From contig CAWELD010000003.1 of the NCBI GenBank assembly GCA_963809895.1, positions 704,001-768,000 of the forward strand: DNA of 64,000 nucleotides, in the 5' to 3' direction. Positions 45,646 through 55,059 of this stretch are shown one piece after another. Below the pieces are notes generated by a model. The model had not been told where the DNA came from and ran no database searches. It saw only the letters and a program-made list of their open reading frames with translations. Position 1 is the stretch's first letter. Every line of letters begins with the position of its first letter. This DNA comes from an uncultured Gemmatimonadales bacterium. Its GTDB lineage: Bacteria > Gemmatimonadota > Gemmatimonadetes > Longimicrobiales > Gaopeijiaceae. A program made the translations under genes and the position numbers.

Positions 45646-46260
45646 ATGCCTCGGCTGCCACTGTTTCCGTTGCCGGCCGTCCTCTTTCCGGGCGCGCCCA
45701 TGCCGCTGCACATCTTCGAGCCGCGGTATCGGCGCATGGTGAGCCGTTGCCTGGAGGGCGATGGTCGCTTCGGCCTCCTGCATCACGATTGTGACGAGCA
45801 GGGTCCGTTCCTGTCCGAAGAAGGGCGGGTGGGCTGTGTCGCGGAGATCGAGAAGCACCAGCCGCTCCCCGACGGCCGTTCCCTGATCCTGGTGCGAGGC
45901 GTCGCGCGGTTCCAGATCACGAGCGAGTTGGAGAGTGAGGAGCCGTTCTACGAAGCGTCGGTGTCGGGGTACACGGACACCACGCGCCCGCATCCGGACG
46001 CGATCCAGAAGGTGAGAGCGCGCACCTTGGAGCTCTTCCACGCGGTGCTCGAGAGCTTTCCGGAACCTCCCGACGAGGTTCCCGCCTTCGACCTCAATCG
46101 AGAACTTTCCTTCCAGCTCGCGCCCACCATCCAGATCGACCGGCGCTGGCAGCAGTCCCTCCTCGAGCTTCAGGACGAGGTGTACCGGCTCGAGCGACTG
46201 GATGCCGTCTTCCAGGCGGCCATCGATCGCAACATCCACGGTGAAGAAGGCGTCGCGTGA
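45646..46260 (+). CDS. LON peptidase substrate-binding domain protein
   Basis: LPLFPL..VLFPG..PLHIFEPRYR.M, LPDGR, QQSLLE...RL. Confidence 0.9.
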   Translation: MPRLPLFPLPAVLFPGAPMPLHIFEPRYRRMVSRCLEGDGRFGLLHHDCDEQGPFLSEEGRVGCVAEIEKHQPLPDGRSLILVRGVARFQITSELESEEPFYEASVSGYTDTTRPHPDAIQKVRARTLELFHAVLESFPEPPDEVPAFDLNRELSFQLAPTIQIDRRWQQSLLELQDEVYRLERLDAVFQAAIDRNIHGEEGVA

Positions 46261-46634
46261 GCCAGGACGACCGTCCGGACCTTCCAGAACTTCCCGATCG
46301 CCCGACGCCATGGGTGGAGACCCGCCCCGGCGGGTTCTTCTTCCTCAACGCCGTCATCGTGGCGCCCATCCTCATGGTGGTCTACGCCGTCGCCCTGAGG
46401 TGGCTTCTGCGCAGCGTGGCGGGGCTGGACGGGCCCAGCCGGATTCTCGATCCCATTCCACTGGTCGCGGCCTACGTGGCACCGGTGATGGGGTGGCTGG
46501 CTCTGCCGGCAGCGGCCCTGGTGATCTGGAACCTGCGCATGGTGGACCGGCGCTGGGCACGCGTCGCCCTCTGGGTCTTCCTCATCGCACACCTGGGCAT
46601 GTTGACCTACACGGTGGGCCGTCTGGTCTCGTGA
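46257..46634 (+). CDS. Hypothetical membrane protein (3 TM)
   Basis: GTGA overlaps at both ends; three hydrophobic helices. Confidence 0.7.
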   Translation: MSQDDRPDLPELPDRPTPWVETRPGGFFFLNAVIVAPILMVVYAVALRWLLRSVAGLDGPSRILDPIPLVAAYVAPVMGWLALPAAALVIWNLRMVDRRWARVALWVFLIAHLGMLTYTVGRLVS

Positions 46635-47329
46635 CAGGGTCTGCGCCGGGGCCGGCCGAGCTCCGCCACATCCGCGTCCCACGCAGTGCTCGCTACGCCA
46701 TGCTGGGTGAGGAGGGCGCTACCCCCGGGGATCTCTGGTTCGTCCTGCACGGCTACCGCCAGCTGGCCGCGCGATTCCTCGCCCGGTTCCGTTTCCTGAG
46801 GCGCCCGGGGCTGAGGATCGTCGCCCCCGAAGGACTGAGTCGCTTCTATCTCGACGACGCGCCGGGGCGTCACGGTCCCGAGTCCCGCGTGGGCGCCACC
46901 TGGATGACACGGGAAGACCGCGACACCGAGATCCGCGACTACGTGGAGTACCTCGACCTCCTCCACCACCATGTCCTGGCAGAGGTGGGACCCGCCGCCC
47001 GGGTCGGGATCCTGGGATTCTCCCAGGGGGCCCACACGGCGGCGCGCTGGGCGGTGCTGGGCCGGGTTCGACCGCATCGGCTGGTGCTGTGGGGTGCGTA
47101 CCTCCCCGAGGACCTGCCCTCGGAGCGGGCCGCCGAACGACTGGGGGGCACACGGCTGGTGCTCGTGCAGGGCCGGGACGACGAGCACCGTGAACCGGAG
47201 TTGGAAGCTCGACACCGGGCCCGGCTCGGGGAGCTGGGACTCGATGCGGACACGGTCTGGCACGACGGCGGCCACGCGCTGGAACCCGGCGTCCTGCGCC
47301 GGGTCATGGCCTTCGACGCGAAGGCGTAG
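46631..47329 (+). CDS. Phospholipase/carboxylesterase-type alpha/beta hydrolase
   Basis: LHGY.QLA..F, APEGLSRFY, VGATWMTREDR, GFSQG, GGH. Confidence 0.88.
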   Translation: MTGSAPGPAELRHIRVPRSARYAMLGEEGATPGDLWFVLHGYRQLAARFLARFRFLRRPGLRIVAPEGLSRFYLDDAPGRHGPESRVGATWMTREDRDTEIRDYVEYLDLLHHHVLAEVGPAARVGILGFSQGAHTAARWAVLGRVRPHRLVLWGAYLPEDLPSERAAERLGGTRLVLVQGRDDEHREPELEARHRARLGELGLDADTVWHDGGHALEPGVLRRVMAFDAKA

Positions 47330-47339
47330 CCAGCCTCTC

Positions 47340-48278
47340 CTACGCGAACTCCCCGACCAATCCGATCTCGGGCACGAGCTCGTGGCCGGTCTCCCGCAGC
47401 ACCGTCTCCTGCGCCAGCCGCATGAGCCAGCGCACGTCCTCGGCGGTGGCGCCGCCGGTGTTGACGATGATGTTGGCGTGACGGTGGAAGATCTGGGCGC
47501 CGCCGTGGACGCGGCCCTTGAGCCCACATTCGTCGATGAGGCGTCCGGCGCCGATCCCCTCGATCTTGCGAAAGACGGACCCGGCGCACGGGTAGAGCCA
47601 GAGATCGGGATGGCGGTCGTCGCGCCAGCGCAGGTTGTCGCGCATCACGTCCTGGAGCGTGTCGCGGGGCGTCGGCTCCAGCCGGAAGTCGGCGGACAGG
47701 ACGATGTCGGCGCGGTCGTGCAGCACCGAGTAGTCGTAGCCGAACCGGAAGTAGTCCGGGCCCACCCGGCGTCGCTCCCCCTCGGCGGTGAAGATCTCGA
47801 CGCCGTCGAGCACCTCCTCGATGAAGCAGGTGCGGCTGCGATCCGGTGACAGGAAGTGGAGGTTCTGCCACAGCGCTCCGCCCACCGTGGAGGGAATCCC
47901 CACGTAGTGGTGCAGGCCTCCCAGCCCGCGCGTCACGGTGGCGTCGATGAGCTCGTGATAGGTCTCCACCCCGGCGCCGGCGCGCACGGTGCGATCGTCG
48001 ACGAACTCGATCCCCCCCACGCGACAGTGGATGACCAGGCCCCGAAAGCCCCGATCCGCCACCAGGATGTTGGCTCCCTTGCCCAGCAGGAAATGGGGGA
48101 TCCCCGTCTCGCGCGCGACCTGGACGGCCTGCACGAGCTCCTCGGCGGTGCGGGCCTCGACCAGGAGGTCGGCGGGCCCTCCGATCCGGAAGGTGGTGAG
48201 CGGCGCCAGCGGCACGTTGCGGCGGACGCGCTCGGGCCCCAGGCGCCGGAGTACGTCGTCCAGGGGGAGTACGCTCAT
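47340..48278 (-). CDS. murB: UDP-N-acetylmuramate dehydrogenase (MurB), divergent active-site motifs
   Basis: LAPLTTFRIGGPAD, LGKGANILV.D.G, GIPSTVGGA, AGSVF, AGRLIDECGLKG, HANIIVN.GGATA, PEI. Confidence 0.85.
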   Translation of the reverse strand: MSVLPLDDVLRRLGPERVRRNVPLAPLTTFRIGGPADLLVEARTAEELVQAVQVARETGIPHFLLGKGANILVADRGFRGLVIHCRVGGIEFVDDRTVRAGAGVETYHELIDATVTRGLGGLHHYVGIPSTVGGALWQNLHFLSPDRSRTCFIEEVLDGVEIFTAEGERRRVGPDYFRFGYDYSVLHDRADIVLSADFRLEPTPRDTLQDVMRDNLRWRDDRHPDLWLYPCAGSVFRKIEGIGAGRLIDECGLKGRVHGGAQIFHRHANIIVNTGGATAEDVRWLMRLAQETVLRETGHELVPEIGLVGEFA

Positions 48279-48449
48279 GGGGTGCGGAGCTCGGAGGTCG
48301 CAAGGGTGTGAGCGAGGACCCGCGCCACGCCGAGCCACGTGGCGGACGCGGAACGGCCCCGGTGCCGTCGGGGCGGGCGGAAGATAGCGGCCCCGGCGCC
48401 GGGCGGATACCTTGGCGGGCCGAAGTCCCCCGTGACCCCAACTTCGACC

Positions 48450-50300
48450 ATGAAGCCACTTGCGACCTTCGTCGTCCTCGCCCTGTCCGCCGCCGGAGTC
48501 GCCACACCGGTCCTGGCCCAGGCGCCCATCCGCTACCGGCTCTCGTTCCCCGACCGCGACCACCACGAGGTCCGGGTAGAGGCCCATTTCGACAGCCTGC
48601 AGCCCGGTCCCCTGGAGCTGCGCATGAGCCGGAGCTCGCCGGGTCGATACGCGCTGCACGAGTTCGCCAAGAACGTCTACGACGTGCGCGCCGTGGGTGT
48701 GGACGGACACGAGCTGCCCACGACGCGGCCCAACCCCTATCAGTGGAACGTGGCCGGGCACGGGGGGAGCGTCACGGTGACGTACACGCTCTACGCCGAC
48801 CGTGGGGGCGGCACCTACAGCCAGGTGGACCGCACCCACGCGCACCTGAACATCCCGGCCACCTTCATGTACGCTCGCGGGCTGTTCGAGCGCCCCGTGC
48901 AGGTGACCTTCGACCTGCCGCCCGACGCCGGGTGGGAGGTGGCCACGCAACTCGTTCCCACCGGCGACGGCCACACCTTCAGCGCGCCCGACGTCTACTA
49001 CTTCATGGATTCGCCCATCGAAGTGGCCGACCTGTCGTGGCGGCAGTGGAGCGTGTCCCGCGACGGCCGCGACATGACCATGCGCGTGGCCATGCACCAC
49101 CTGGGCACCGACGCGGAACTGGACCGCTACGCCGAGGCCGCACAGGCCATCGCCGATGAAGAGGCCGCTGTCTTCGGCACGTGGCCGGCGTTCGACTTCG
49201 GCACCTACACCTTCCTGGCGTGCTACGTCCCATGGGCATCCGGAGACGGGATGGAGCACCGCAACTCCACCATGCTCACCAGCACCGGCTCGTTGGCCCG
49301 CTCCATGACGGGGCTGCTGGGAACCGTGGCCCACGAGTTCTTCCATTCGTGGAACATGGAGCGCATCCGTTCCGCCGAGCTGGAGCCCTTCGACTACGAA
49401 GCCGCGGACATGAGCCAGGAGCTCTGGTTCGGCGAGGGCTTCACCAGCTACTACGACGACGTGGCGCTGGTGCGGGCGGGGATCATCGACGAGGCGGAGT
49501 TCGTCGGCCGCATGGGGAGCGCGGCCTCGACCACGGTGAACGCGCCGGGCCGCCGCTTTTTCAGCCCGGTGGAGATGAGCATGCAGGCGCCCTTCGTGGA
49601 TGCCGCCACCTCCATCGACCCCACCAATCAGGCCAACACCTTCCTGTCCTACTACACATGGGGCTCGGCGGTAGGGCTCGGTCTGGACATGACCCTGCGC
49701 ACCCGCTTCGAGGGGGTGACACTGGACGATCTCATGCGCGAGATGTGGCGGCGGCACGGCGAGCCCCAGCGTCCCTACACGGTACGCGACATCGAGTCGG
49801 CGCTGGCGGCCGTCACCGGCGATGCGGCGTTCGCGCAGGACTTCTTCGACCGCTACGTGTGGGGGCGCGACGTGCCCGATTTCAGAACCCTGTTCGCCGG
49901 CATGGGCGTGCGCTTCGGCCCCGTGGAGCCCGAGGCTCCCTACCTCACCGGAGCCTTCGTCAGCGTGGACGAAGACGGGGGACTGGTGCGGTCCAACACC
50001 CTCGCCGGCGACCCGTTCTACCAGGCGGGCATCGACCGCGGGGATCGCATCCTCTCGCTGGACGGCACCCGCCTGGACTCCAACGAGGCGTATCAGGACG
50101 CGCTGGCCGATCTGGCGCCCGGCGATCGGGTCGAAGTCCAGGTCGAGGGGCGCACGGGACGTCGCACCGCGGAGGTGGCGGTGGGCGCGTCGCCGCGCCT
50201 GGGGGCCGTGCTGGATCCCGGTGCCGACGCAGCGGCGGCGCGCCGGCGTGAGGCGTGGGTGGCGTCGCGGGCCGGCGAGCTCACGGGAGGCCGCCCATGA
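48450..50300 (+). CDS. M61 glycyl-aminopeptidase-like metallopeptidase with PDZ domain
   Basis: Signal peptide; SPGRY; DSP; GMEHRNS; HEFFHSWN; LWFGEGFTSYY; C-terminal AGIDRGDRILSLDG. Confidence 0.93.
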   Translation: MKPLATFVVLALSAAGVATPVLAQAPIRYRLSFPDRDHHEVRVEAHFDSLQPGPLELRMSRSSPGRYALHEFAKNVYDVRAVGVDGHELPTTRPNPYQWNVAGHGGSVTVTYTLYADRGGGTYSQVDRTHAHLNIPATFMYARGLFERPVQVTFDLPPDAGWEVATQLVPTGDGHTFSAPDVYYFMDSPIEVADLSWRQWSVSRDGRDMTMRVAMHHLGTDAELDRYAEAAQAIADEEAAVFGTWPAFDFGTYTFLACYVPWASGDGMEHRNSTMLTSTGSLARSMTGLLGTVAHEFFHSWNMERIRSAELEPFDYEAADMSQELWFGEGFTSYYDDVALVRAGIIDEAEFVGRMGSAASTTVNAPGRRFFSPVEMSMQAPFVDAATSIDPTNQANTFLSYYTWGSAVGLGLDMTLRTRFEGVTLDDLMREMWRRHGEPQRPYTVRDIESALAAVTGDAAFAQDFFDRYVWGRDVPDFRTLFAGMGVRFGPVEPEAPYLTGAFVSVDEDGGLVRSNTLAGDPFYQAGIDRGDRILSLDGTRLDSNEAYQDALADLAPGDRVEVQVEGRTGRRTAEVAVGASPRLGAVLDPGADAAAARRREAWVASRAGELTGGRP

Positions 50301-50758
50301 GCCGATTCGGCGAGGAGCTGGCGCGCATCATGGTCCGCGATCTGGACCGCCTGGCCGCGGAGGTCGAGGCCTACCCGACCGACGAGGCGCTGTGGCGGAT
50401 CGGGGGCGCGGCGCCCAACCGCGGCGGCACGTTGGCCCTCCATCTGGCGGGCAATCTCCGGCATTTCGTGGGTGCGGTGCTGGGCGGGAACGGCTACGTG
50501 CGGGACCGGGAGCGGGAGTTCGCCGCCCGGGACCTGTCACGACGCGCCCTGCTCGAGGAAATCGCGGCGGCCCGCGACGACGTGCAGAGCGTGCTGCCCT
50601 CAGTCTCGGATGCCGCACTCGACGCGCCCTGGCCCGGTCGCACGCCCCTCCAGGAGGGCGCCAGCACCCGGGAGATGCTGGTCCACCTCTCGGGTCATCT
50701 GGCGTATCACCTGGGGCAGATCAACTACCACCGTCGCTTGCTGGCGGCCGCGGACTGA
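50297..50758 (+). CDS. DinB/DUF1572-like protein
   Basis: N.GGTLALHLAGNLRHFVG, YVRDREREF, HLAYHLGQINYHRR; ATGA overlap. Confidence 0.88.
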   Translation: MSRFGEELARIMVRDLDRLAAEVEAYPTDEALWRIGGAAPNRGGTLALHLAGNLRHFVGAVLGGNGYVRDREREFAARDLSRRALLEEIAAARDDVQSVLPSVSDAALDAPWPGRTPLQEGASTREMLVHLSGHLAYHLGQINYHRRLLAAAD

Positions 50759-50769
50759 GCTACCGAGAC

Positions 50770-50790
50770 GCGGCGACGGGCCGTCGTCGC
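50770..50790. terminator. Short hairpin between convergent genes
   Basis: GCGGCGACG-GGC-CGTCGTCGC. Confidence 0.4.
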
Positions 50791-50798
50791 TTCGCGGC

Positions 50799-52373
50799 TC
50801 AGCGCCCGCGGCGGAGCACCCGGCCGGGCCGCAGGTCCAGGTAGCGACCGTCCTCCACCGCCACCACGCCGTTGACCACCACCCAGTCGATGCCCACCGG
50901 ATACTGGTGGGGGTCCTGGAAGGTGGCGAGGTCCGCCACGGTGGCCGGGTCGAAGACCACCAGATCGGCGTAGGCGCCGGCGCGGATACGGCCCCGCTGG
51001 GTCAGGCCCAGACGGTCGGCGGGCTGCGTCGTCATCTTGTGTACGGCCTCTTCCAGGGTGAGCAACCCCTTCTCGCGCACGTAGAGGCGCAGCACCCGGG
51101 GGAACGTGCCGTACCAGCGTGGGTGGGGATGTCCTTCGCCGGGCTGGGTGAGCCTCCCGTCCGACGCCACCATGGTCATGGGATGCTCGAGGATGCGCTC
51201 CACGTCGCCCTCGTCCAGGGCGTGGTAGATGGCCGAGGCTCCGCCCCGGCGGATGGCTTCCACCACCAGGCCCGCCCCCGTGGCCGGCGTCGGGTCGAGG
51301 CCTTCGCGCTCGGCCCAGTCCCGCAGCGTCTGCCCCTCCAGCGAGCGGTCCCACTCCACGAGGGCCAGCTGCACCCGGGACAGATCGTTGCCCCCACGGT
51401 CGTTGACGATGTTGTACTCGATCCCCGCCAGGATCGAGTCGGCCAGCGCCGGATCGTCCATGCGCCGCAGGAACGCGCTGTCGCCGTTCGCCATGGCCCA
51501 GGCCGGGACGAGGATACCGATGCCGGTGTACGTTGCGGTGTAGGGGTACTGATCGATGGAGACGTCGGTGCCCGCCGCCCGGGCAGAGTCCACCATGGCC
51601 AGCGTGGTCACAGAAGCACCCCACATGGGCTGTCCCACGACCTTGTGATGGGTGAGGACCACGGGGATTCCCGCGCGGCGCCCGATCTCCAGCGCCTCGG
51701 CGACACCCTCGAGGAGGCCCAATCCCTCTTCCCGCAGGTGCGAGGTGTAGATCCCTCCGGAATCGGCGGCGACCCCGGCCAGCGCCACCACCTCGTCCAC
51801 GTCGGAAAAGGCGCCGGGCAGGTACTTGAGACCGGTGCTGAGCCCGAAAGCGCCTTCGCCCATGGCGCGGGCCACCATGGCCTCCATCCGCTCCAGCTCG
51901 GCCGGCGTGGGTGCCCGGTCCTCCAGCCCCATGACTTCGCGGCGGATGGTGTTGTGGCCGGTGAGGAAGGCCACGTTCATGCCCACCCCCAGCGACTCGG
52001 CCTGCGCCAGGTAGTCGCCCAGAGGCCAGGGCCCTCCGCCGTCGGGGCCGCCCAGGGCCGTGGTGACGCCCTGACGTACATGGCTCTCGGCGCCGGGCAG
52101 GCGGAGGAGCGGATCCAGATGGGTGTGGAGGTCGATGAAGCCCGGCGCGACGACCATTCCGGCTGCATCCACCACCCTCGCGCCGGCGGTGTCCAGCGCT
52201 TCGCCCACCGCTACGATACGGTCTCCGCGCACGGCGACGTCGGCGAGGCGACCCGGCGCGCCGGAGCCGTCCACCACGGTCCCGCCGCGGATCACCAGGT
52301 CATACGGCTCCGGGGCGGCGCATCCCGCCAGAAGGGCGAACGCGAGCGCGAGCGGCAGGGCGGGACGGGTCAT
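50799..52373 (-). CDS. N-acyl-D-amino-acid deacylase family amidohydrolase, lipoprotein
   Basis: LLAGC lipobox; PGFIDLHTH, YTSHLR, THHK, DQYPY, ASDG, HPRWYGTFPR, ADLVVFDP. Confidence 0.9.
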   Translation of the reverse strand: MTRPALPLALAFALLAGCAAPEPYDLVIRGGTVVDGSGAPGRLADVAVRGDRIVAVGEALDTAGARVVDAAGMVVAPGFIDLHTHLDPLLRLPGAESHVRQGVTTALGGPDGGGPWPLGDYLAQAESLGVGMNVAFLTGHNTIRREVMGLEDRAPTPAELERMEAMVARAMGEGAFGLSTGLKYLPGAFSDVDEVVALAGVAADSGGIYTSHLREEGLGLLEGVAEALEIGRRAGIPVVLTHHKVVGQPMWGASVTTLAMVDSARAAGTDVSIDQYPYTATYTGIGILVPAWAMANGDSAFLRRMDDPALADSILAGIEYNIVNDRGGNDLSRVQLALVEWDRSLEGQTLRDWAEREGLDPTPATGAGLVVEAIRRGGASAIYHALDEGDVERILEHPMTMVASDGRLTQPGEGHPHPRWYGTFPRVLRLYVREKGLLTLEEAVHKMTTQPADRLGLTQRGRIRAGAYADLVVFDPATVADLATFQDPHQYPVGIDWVVVNGVVAVEDGRYLDLRPGRVLRRGR

Positions 52374-52451
52374 CTGGCCTCCGGGGGCAGGTGGGATCCG
52401 GAGGCCAGGGTAGGGGAGGACCGGCCCGTGGACCAGTCCCCTGCAGGCTGG

Positions 52452-52975
52452 TCAGCCGGGCACGCGCCGGTATTCGCCGTCGAAAGCCACGGCCCAACTG
52501 TCGCCGCCGTCGGTGGACTGTTCCCAGAGCTGGCGCACGCGGTCGCCGCTCTCGTCGAGCTGCGTCCAGGTGATGCGTTGGAGGGTTTCGAGCCGTCCGA
52601 TCCCACGGTGGTGCCCTCGAGGCGCATGTGTCCCTCGGAGAAGGTGCCCTCGATGAGGAGCAGCGTGCCGCCGTTGTCCACCCAGGTCTGGTGCCACACG
52701 CCGCGGCCCGGGTCCCAGGTGTTGAAGCTCTCGCCGTGGTAGCCGCCGGCACCGTCGTAGTGCTCGTGCAGCACGCAGCCGCCCATCTCGCTGGTGATGT
52801 CGTTGTGGCCGGCCTTCTGGCCGTCGGGACGGAAGACGTCCCAGCTCCCGAGCCAGAAGTCGAACTGCCGGTAGGCGGGGTCCTGACAGGGAGGTTGGGT
52901 GTTCTGGGCCTGGAGCGGGGCCACGGCGACGGCCCAGGTCGTCAGGGTGGCGGCCACGAGGAGGGGTCGGATCAT
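52452..52975 (-). CDS. Secreted DUF1579-like beta-barrel protein, frameshifted near 52590
   Basis: Frame 1: signal, C...RQFDFWLGSWDV, GESFNTWD, WHQTWVDNGG. The expected continuation LQRITW..VRQLWEQSTDGG.SW..FDGEYRR lies in another frame ending at 52452. Confidence 0.75.
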
Positions 52976-53091
52976 GAAGCGTCCTCTCGAAGAGGGGAAA
53001 GGTTGCGGTCCATGCCCACGTACGGCGGGCCAGGCGCAGGATTGCGACGTGCGTGGCTGGAGACGGGGTTGGAGGAGGACCGCGAAGTGTT

Positions 53092-53219
53092 CGGAAATGG
53101 GACGCCCGGTCCCGCCTCCGCCCATCATGGAGATCGTAACCGACTTCATTTGTATGCGGTAACCATAGGTATAATAGCGACTTATGGCGATCTGACACTT
53201 CTGGCACGCCCCTTCCGTA
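53092..53219 (+). promoter_or_regulatory. Putative sigma54 promoter module (dyad enhancer, AT-rich tract, -24/-12)
   Basis: CGGA-N3-GGGAC-N5-GTCCC-N3-TCCG dyad (53092-53120); AT-rich 53136-53185; TGGCAC-N5-TTCC (53202-53216). The -12 is CC, not GC. A TATAAT at 53170 is an alternative promoter. Confidence 0.55.
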
Positions 53220-53377
53220 CTGTTCGAGGGTGCGGGCGCCGTGGGGTCCCCATCGGTTCGTGCGGACAGGGGGTGGTGATGTGGCCGGCCTTCGGGCCGG
53301 AGCCGGCGGGGGTCCCCGGGGTCCCGCAACACGACGGAAGTGGCACACGAACGATAGACGGCAAGGAGGTGCGGTCC

Positions 53378-54964
53378 GTGCGGACACGCGCTGCGACTCG
53401 AGACACGACCGCCCGCCAGACGGCGATTCTGGTCCGGGCGCTCATGGGTGCGTTGGTGCTGCTGGCGCTGGCGGCCACCACCCTCGTGGCCCAGCAGGTG
53501 CGGGAGCTCTCGCTGGAAGAGGCCATCCGCCTGGCGAAGCACAACAACCCGGCATTCCTGAGCACCGCCAACGACCAGGAGCCGGCGGACTGGGCGGTAC
53601 GGGCGGCCTACGGGAACCTGATTCCCACGGCGACGGCCAGCGGGAGCATGGGCTACACCGAGGCCGGCGTCCAGCGCTACGGAACGGTGGATCTGGGCAC
53701 CCAGAGCACAGACTGGTACAGCTCGTCGTACCGCCTGGGCCTCTCCTGGACCATGAACGGCAGCACGCTCTTCGGCGTCTCCACGGCGCGGGCGGCTTCC
53801 AAGGCGACCGCTGCCGGGATCGACAACGCCGAGTTCAACCTGGAGTCCCAGGTCACGCTGCAATACATGACGGCCCTGCGCGCCAGGGACGCGGTCGATG
53901 TGGCGCGGGACACCTACGAGCGGGCCCAGCAGAACCGTGACATCGTGGACACCCGCGTTCAGACCGGGGCCGCCGCGGGCACCGAGGGGCGCCAGGCCGA
54001 GGTGGACCAGGGCCGCGCCGAGGTGGCGCTCCTCCAGGCCGAGCGCCTCTACCGGGCCGAGCTCCTGCGACTGCAGGAGCAGATGGGCACCGCCATGGAC
54101 GACAGCCTGGCGCTGGTGAGCGAGTTCCAGATCTTCGAGCCGACCTGGACCCGGGACGAGCTCCTGGACGATGCCATGAGGCGACATCCGTCCCTTGAGG
54201 CCATGCGGGCCCAGGAGGCTTCGGCCACGGCGCGCGTGCGCCAGGCGCGCAGCTCCTACTTTCCCAGTGTCACGGTCAGCACGGGCCTCGCCGGCTTCAC
54301 GCAGCAGGCGCTGAACAAGGGATTCGTCGTGCAGCAGGCCAGGAACGCCCGCGAGAACCAGGTCTCCAGCTGCAAGTTCTACAGCGCCCTGGCGACGGGC
54401 CTGAGCGTTCCACTGGAGGGCACGGGGCTGGAGGACTATCCCAAGGACTGCAGCCAGTTCGCCTACACGCCCGCCGACAGCATCGCGGCACTGGCCAGCA
54501 ACAGCGCATTCCCCATGGATTTCACCAAGAATCCCATCAGCGTGTCGCTCTCGGTGAGCATCCCCATCTTCCAGGGCTTCAGCCGTCAGCAGCAGGTGGA
54601 GCAGGCGGCGGCGGCTCGCAAGGACGCGGACAACAACCTGCGGGCCGAAGAGTTGCGGCTCCGCACCGCCGTGACGCAGGCGCTGGACAACCTCCAGTCG
54701 GCCTACAGGCAGGTGCAGATCGAGACGCGCAACCAGGATCTGGCCGAGCAGCAGCTCGTGCAGGCGCGCCAGCGCTACGCGGTGGGCAACACCTCGATCC
54801 TGGAGCTCATGGACGCACAGACCTCGCTGTCCACCGCGCAGAGGGACTACCTGAACGCGGTGTACGGCTTCCATCAATCCCTGGTACAGCTGGAGGCGGC
54901 CACCGGTCGGTCCCTCCGTCCCGGGAGGGGTGACGACGACGATGCGGATGGGGCGGAGGGCTGA
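53378..54964 (+). CDS. TolC-family outer-membrane protein
   Basis: AAGGAGGT RBS; signal peptide; LSLEEAIRLA..NNP; IPIFQGF; RYAVG...LELMDAQ. Confidence 0.9.
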   Translation: MRTRAATRDTTARQTAILVRALMGALVLLALAATTLVAQQVRELSLEEAIRLAKHNNPAFLSTANDQEPADWAVRAAYGNLIPTATASGSMGYTEAGVQRYGTVDLGTQSTDWYSSSYRLGLSWTMNGSTLFGVSTARAASKATAAGIDNAEFNLESQVTLQYMTALRARDAVDVARDTYERAQQNRDIVDTRVQTGAAAGTEGRQAEVDQGRAEVALLQAERLYRAELLRLQEQMGTAMDDSLALVSEFQIFEPTWTRDELLDDAMRRHPSLEAMRAQEASATARVRQARSSYFPSVTVSTGLAGFTQQALNKGFVVQQARNARENQVSSCKFYSALATGLSVPLEGTGLEDYPKDCSQFAYTPADSIAALASNSAFPMDFTKNPISVSLSVSIPIFQGFSRQQQVEQAAAARKDADNNLRAEELRLRTAVTQALDNLQSAYRQVQIETRNQDLAEQQLVQARQRYAVGNTSILELMDAQTSLSTAQRDYLNAVYGFHQSLVQLEAATGRSLRPGRGDDDDADGAEG

Positions 54965-55059
54965 CCGGCCGCGCCGGCGCCCGCCAATGACCTGGACGAC
55001 GACCCGGAGGCCGGGGGAGCCCAGCGCCCCCCTGACTCCCCGAACCTCGAGGTAGATAC

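Noticed and set aside
47340..49757. 805-aa MurB fusion in the ORF track
   Set aside because: The N-part is antisense to the M61 peptidase; MurB starts at 48278.
52570..52610. Programmed ribosomal frameshifting at the three shifted sites
   Set aside because: No X-XXY-YYZ heptamer in frame and no precedent known for these families; indel error is simpler.
52370..54964. Long N-extensions of TolC (from 52628) and the DUF1579-like gene (from 54877)
   Set aside because: RBS and signal peptides place the starts at 53378 and 52975.
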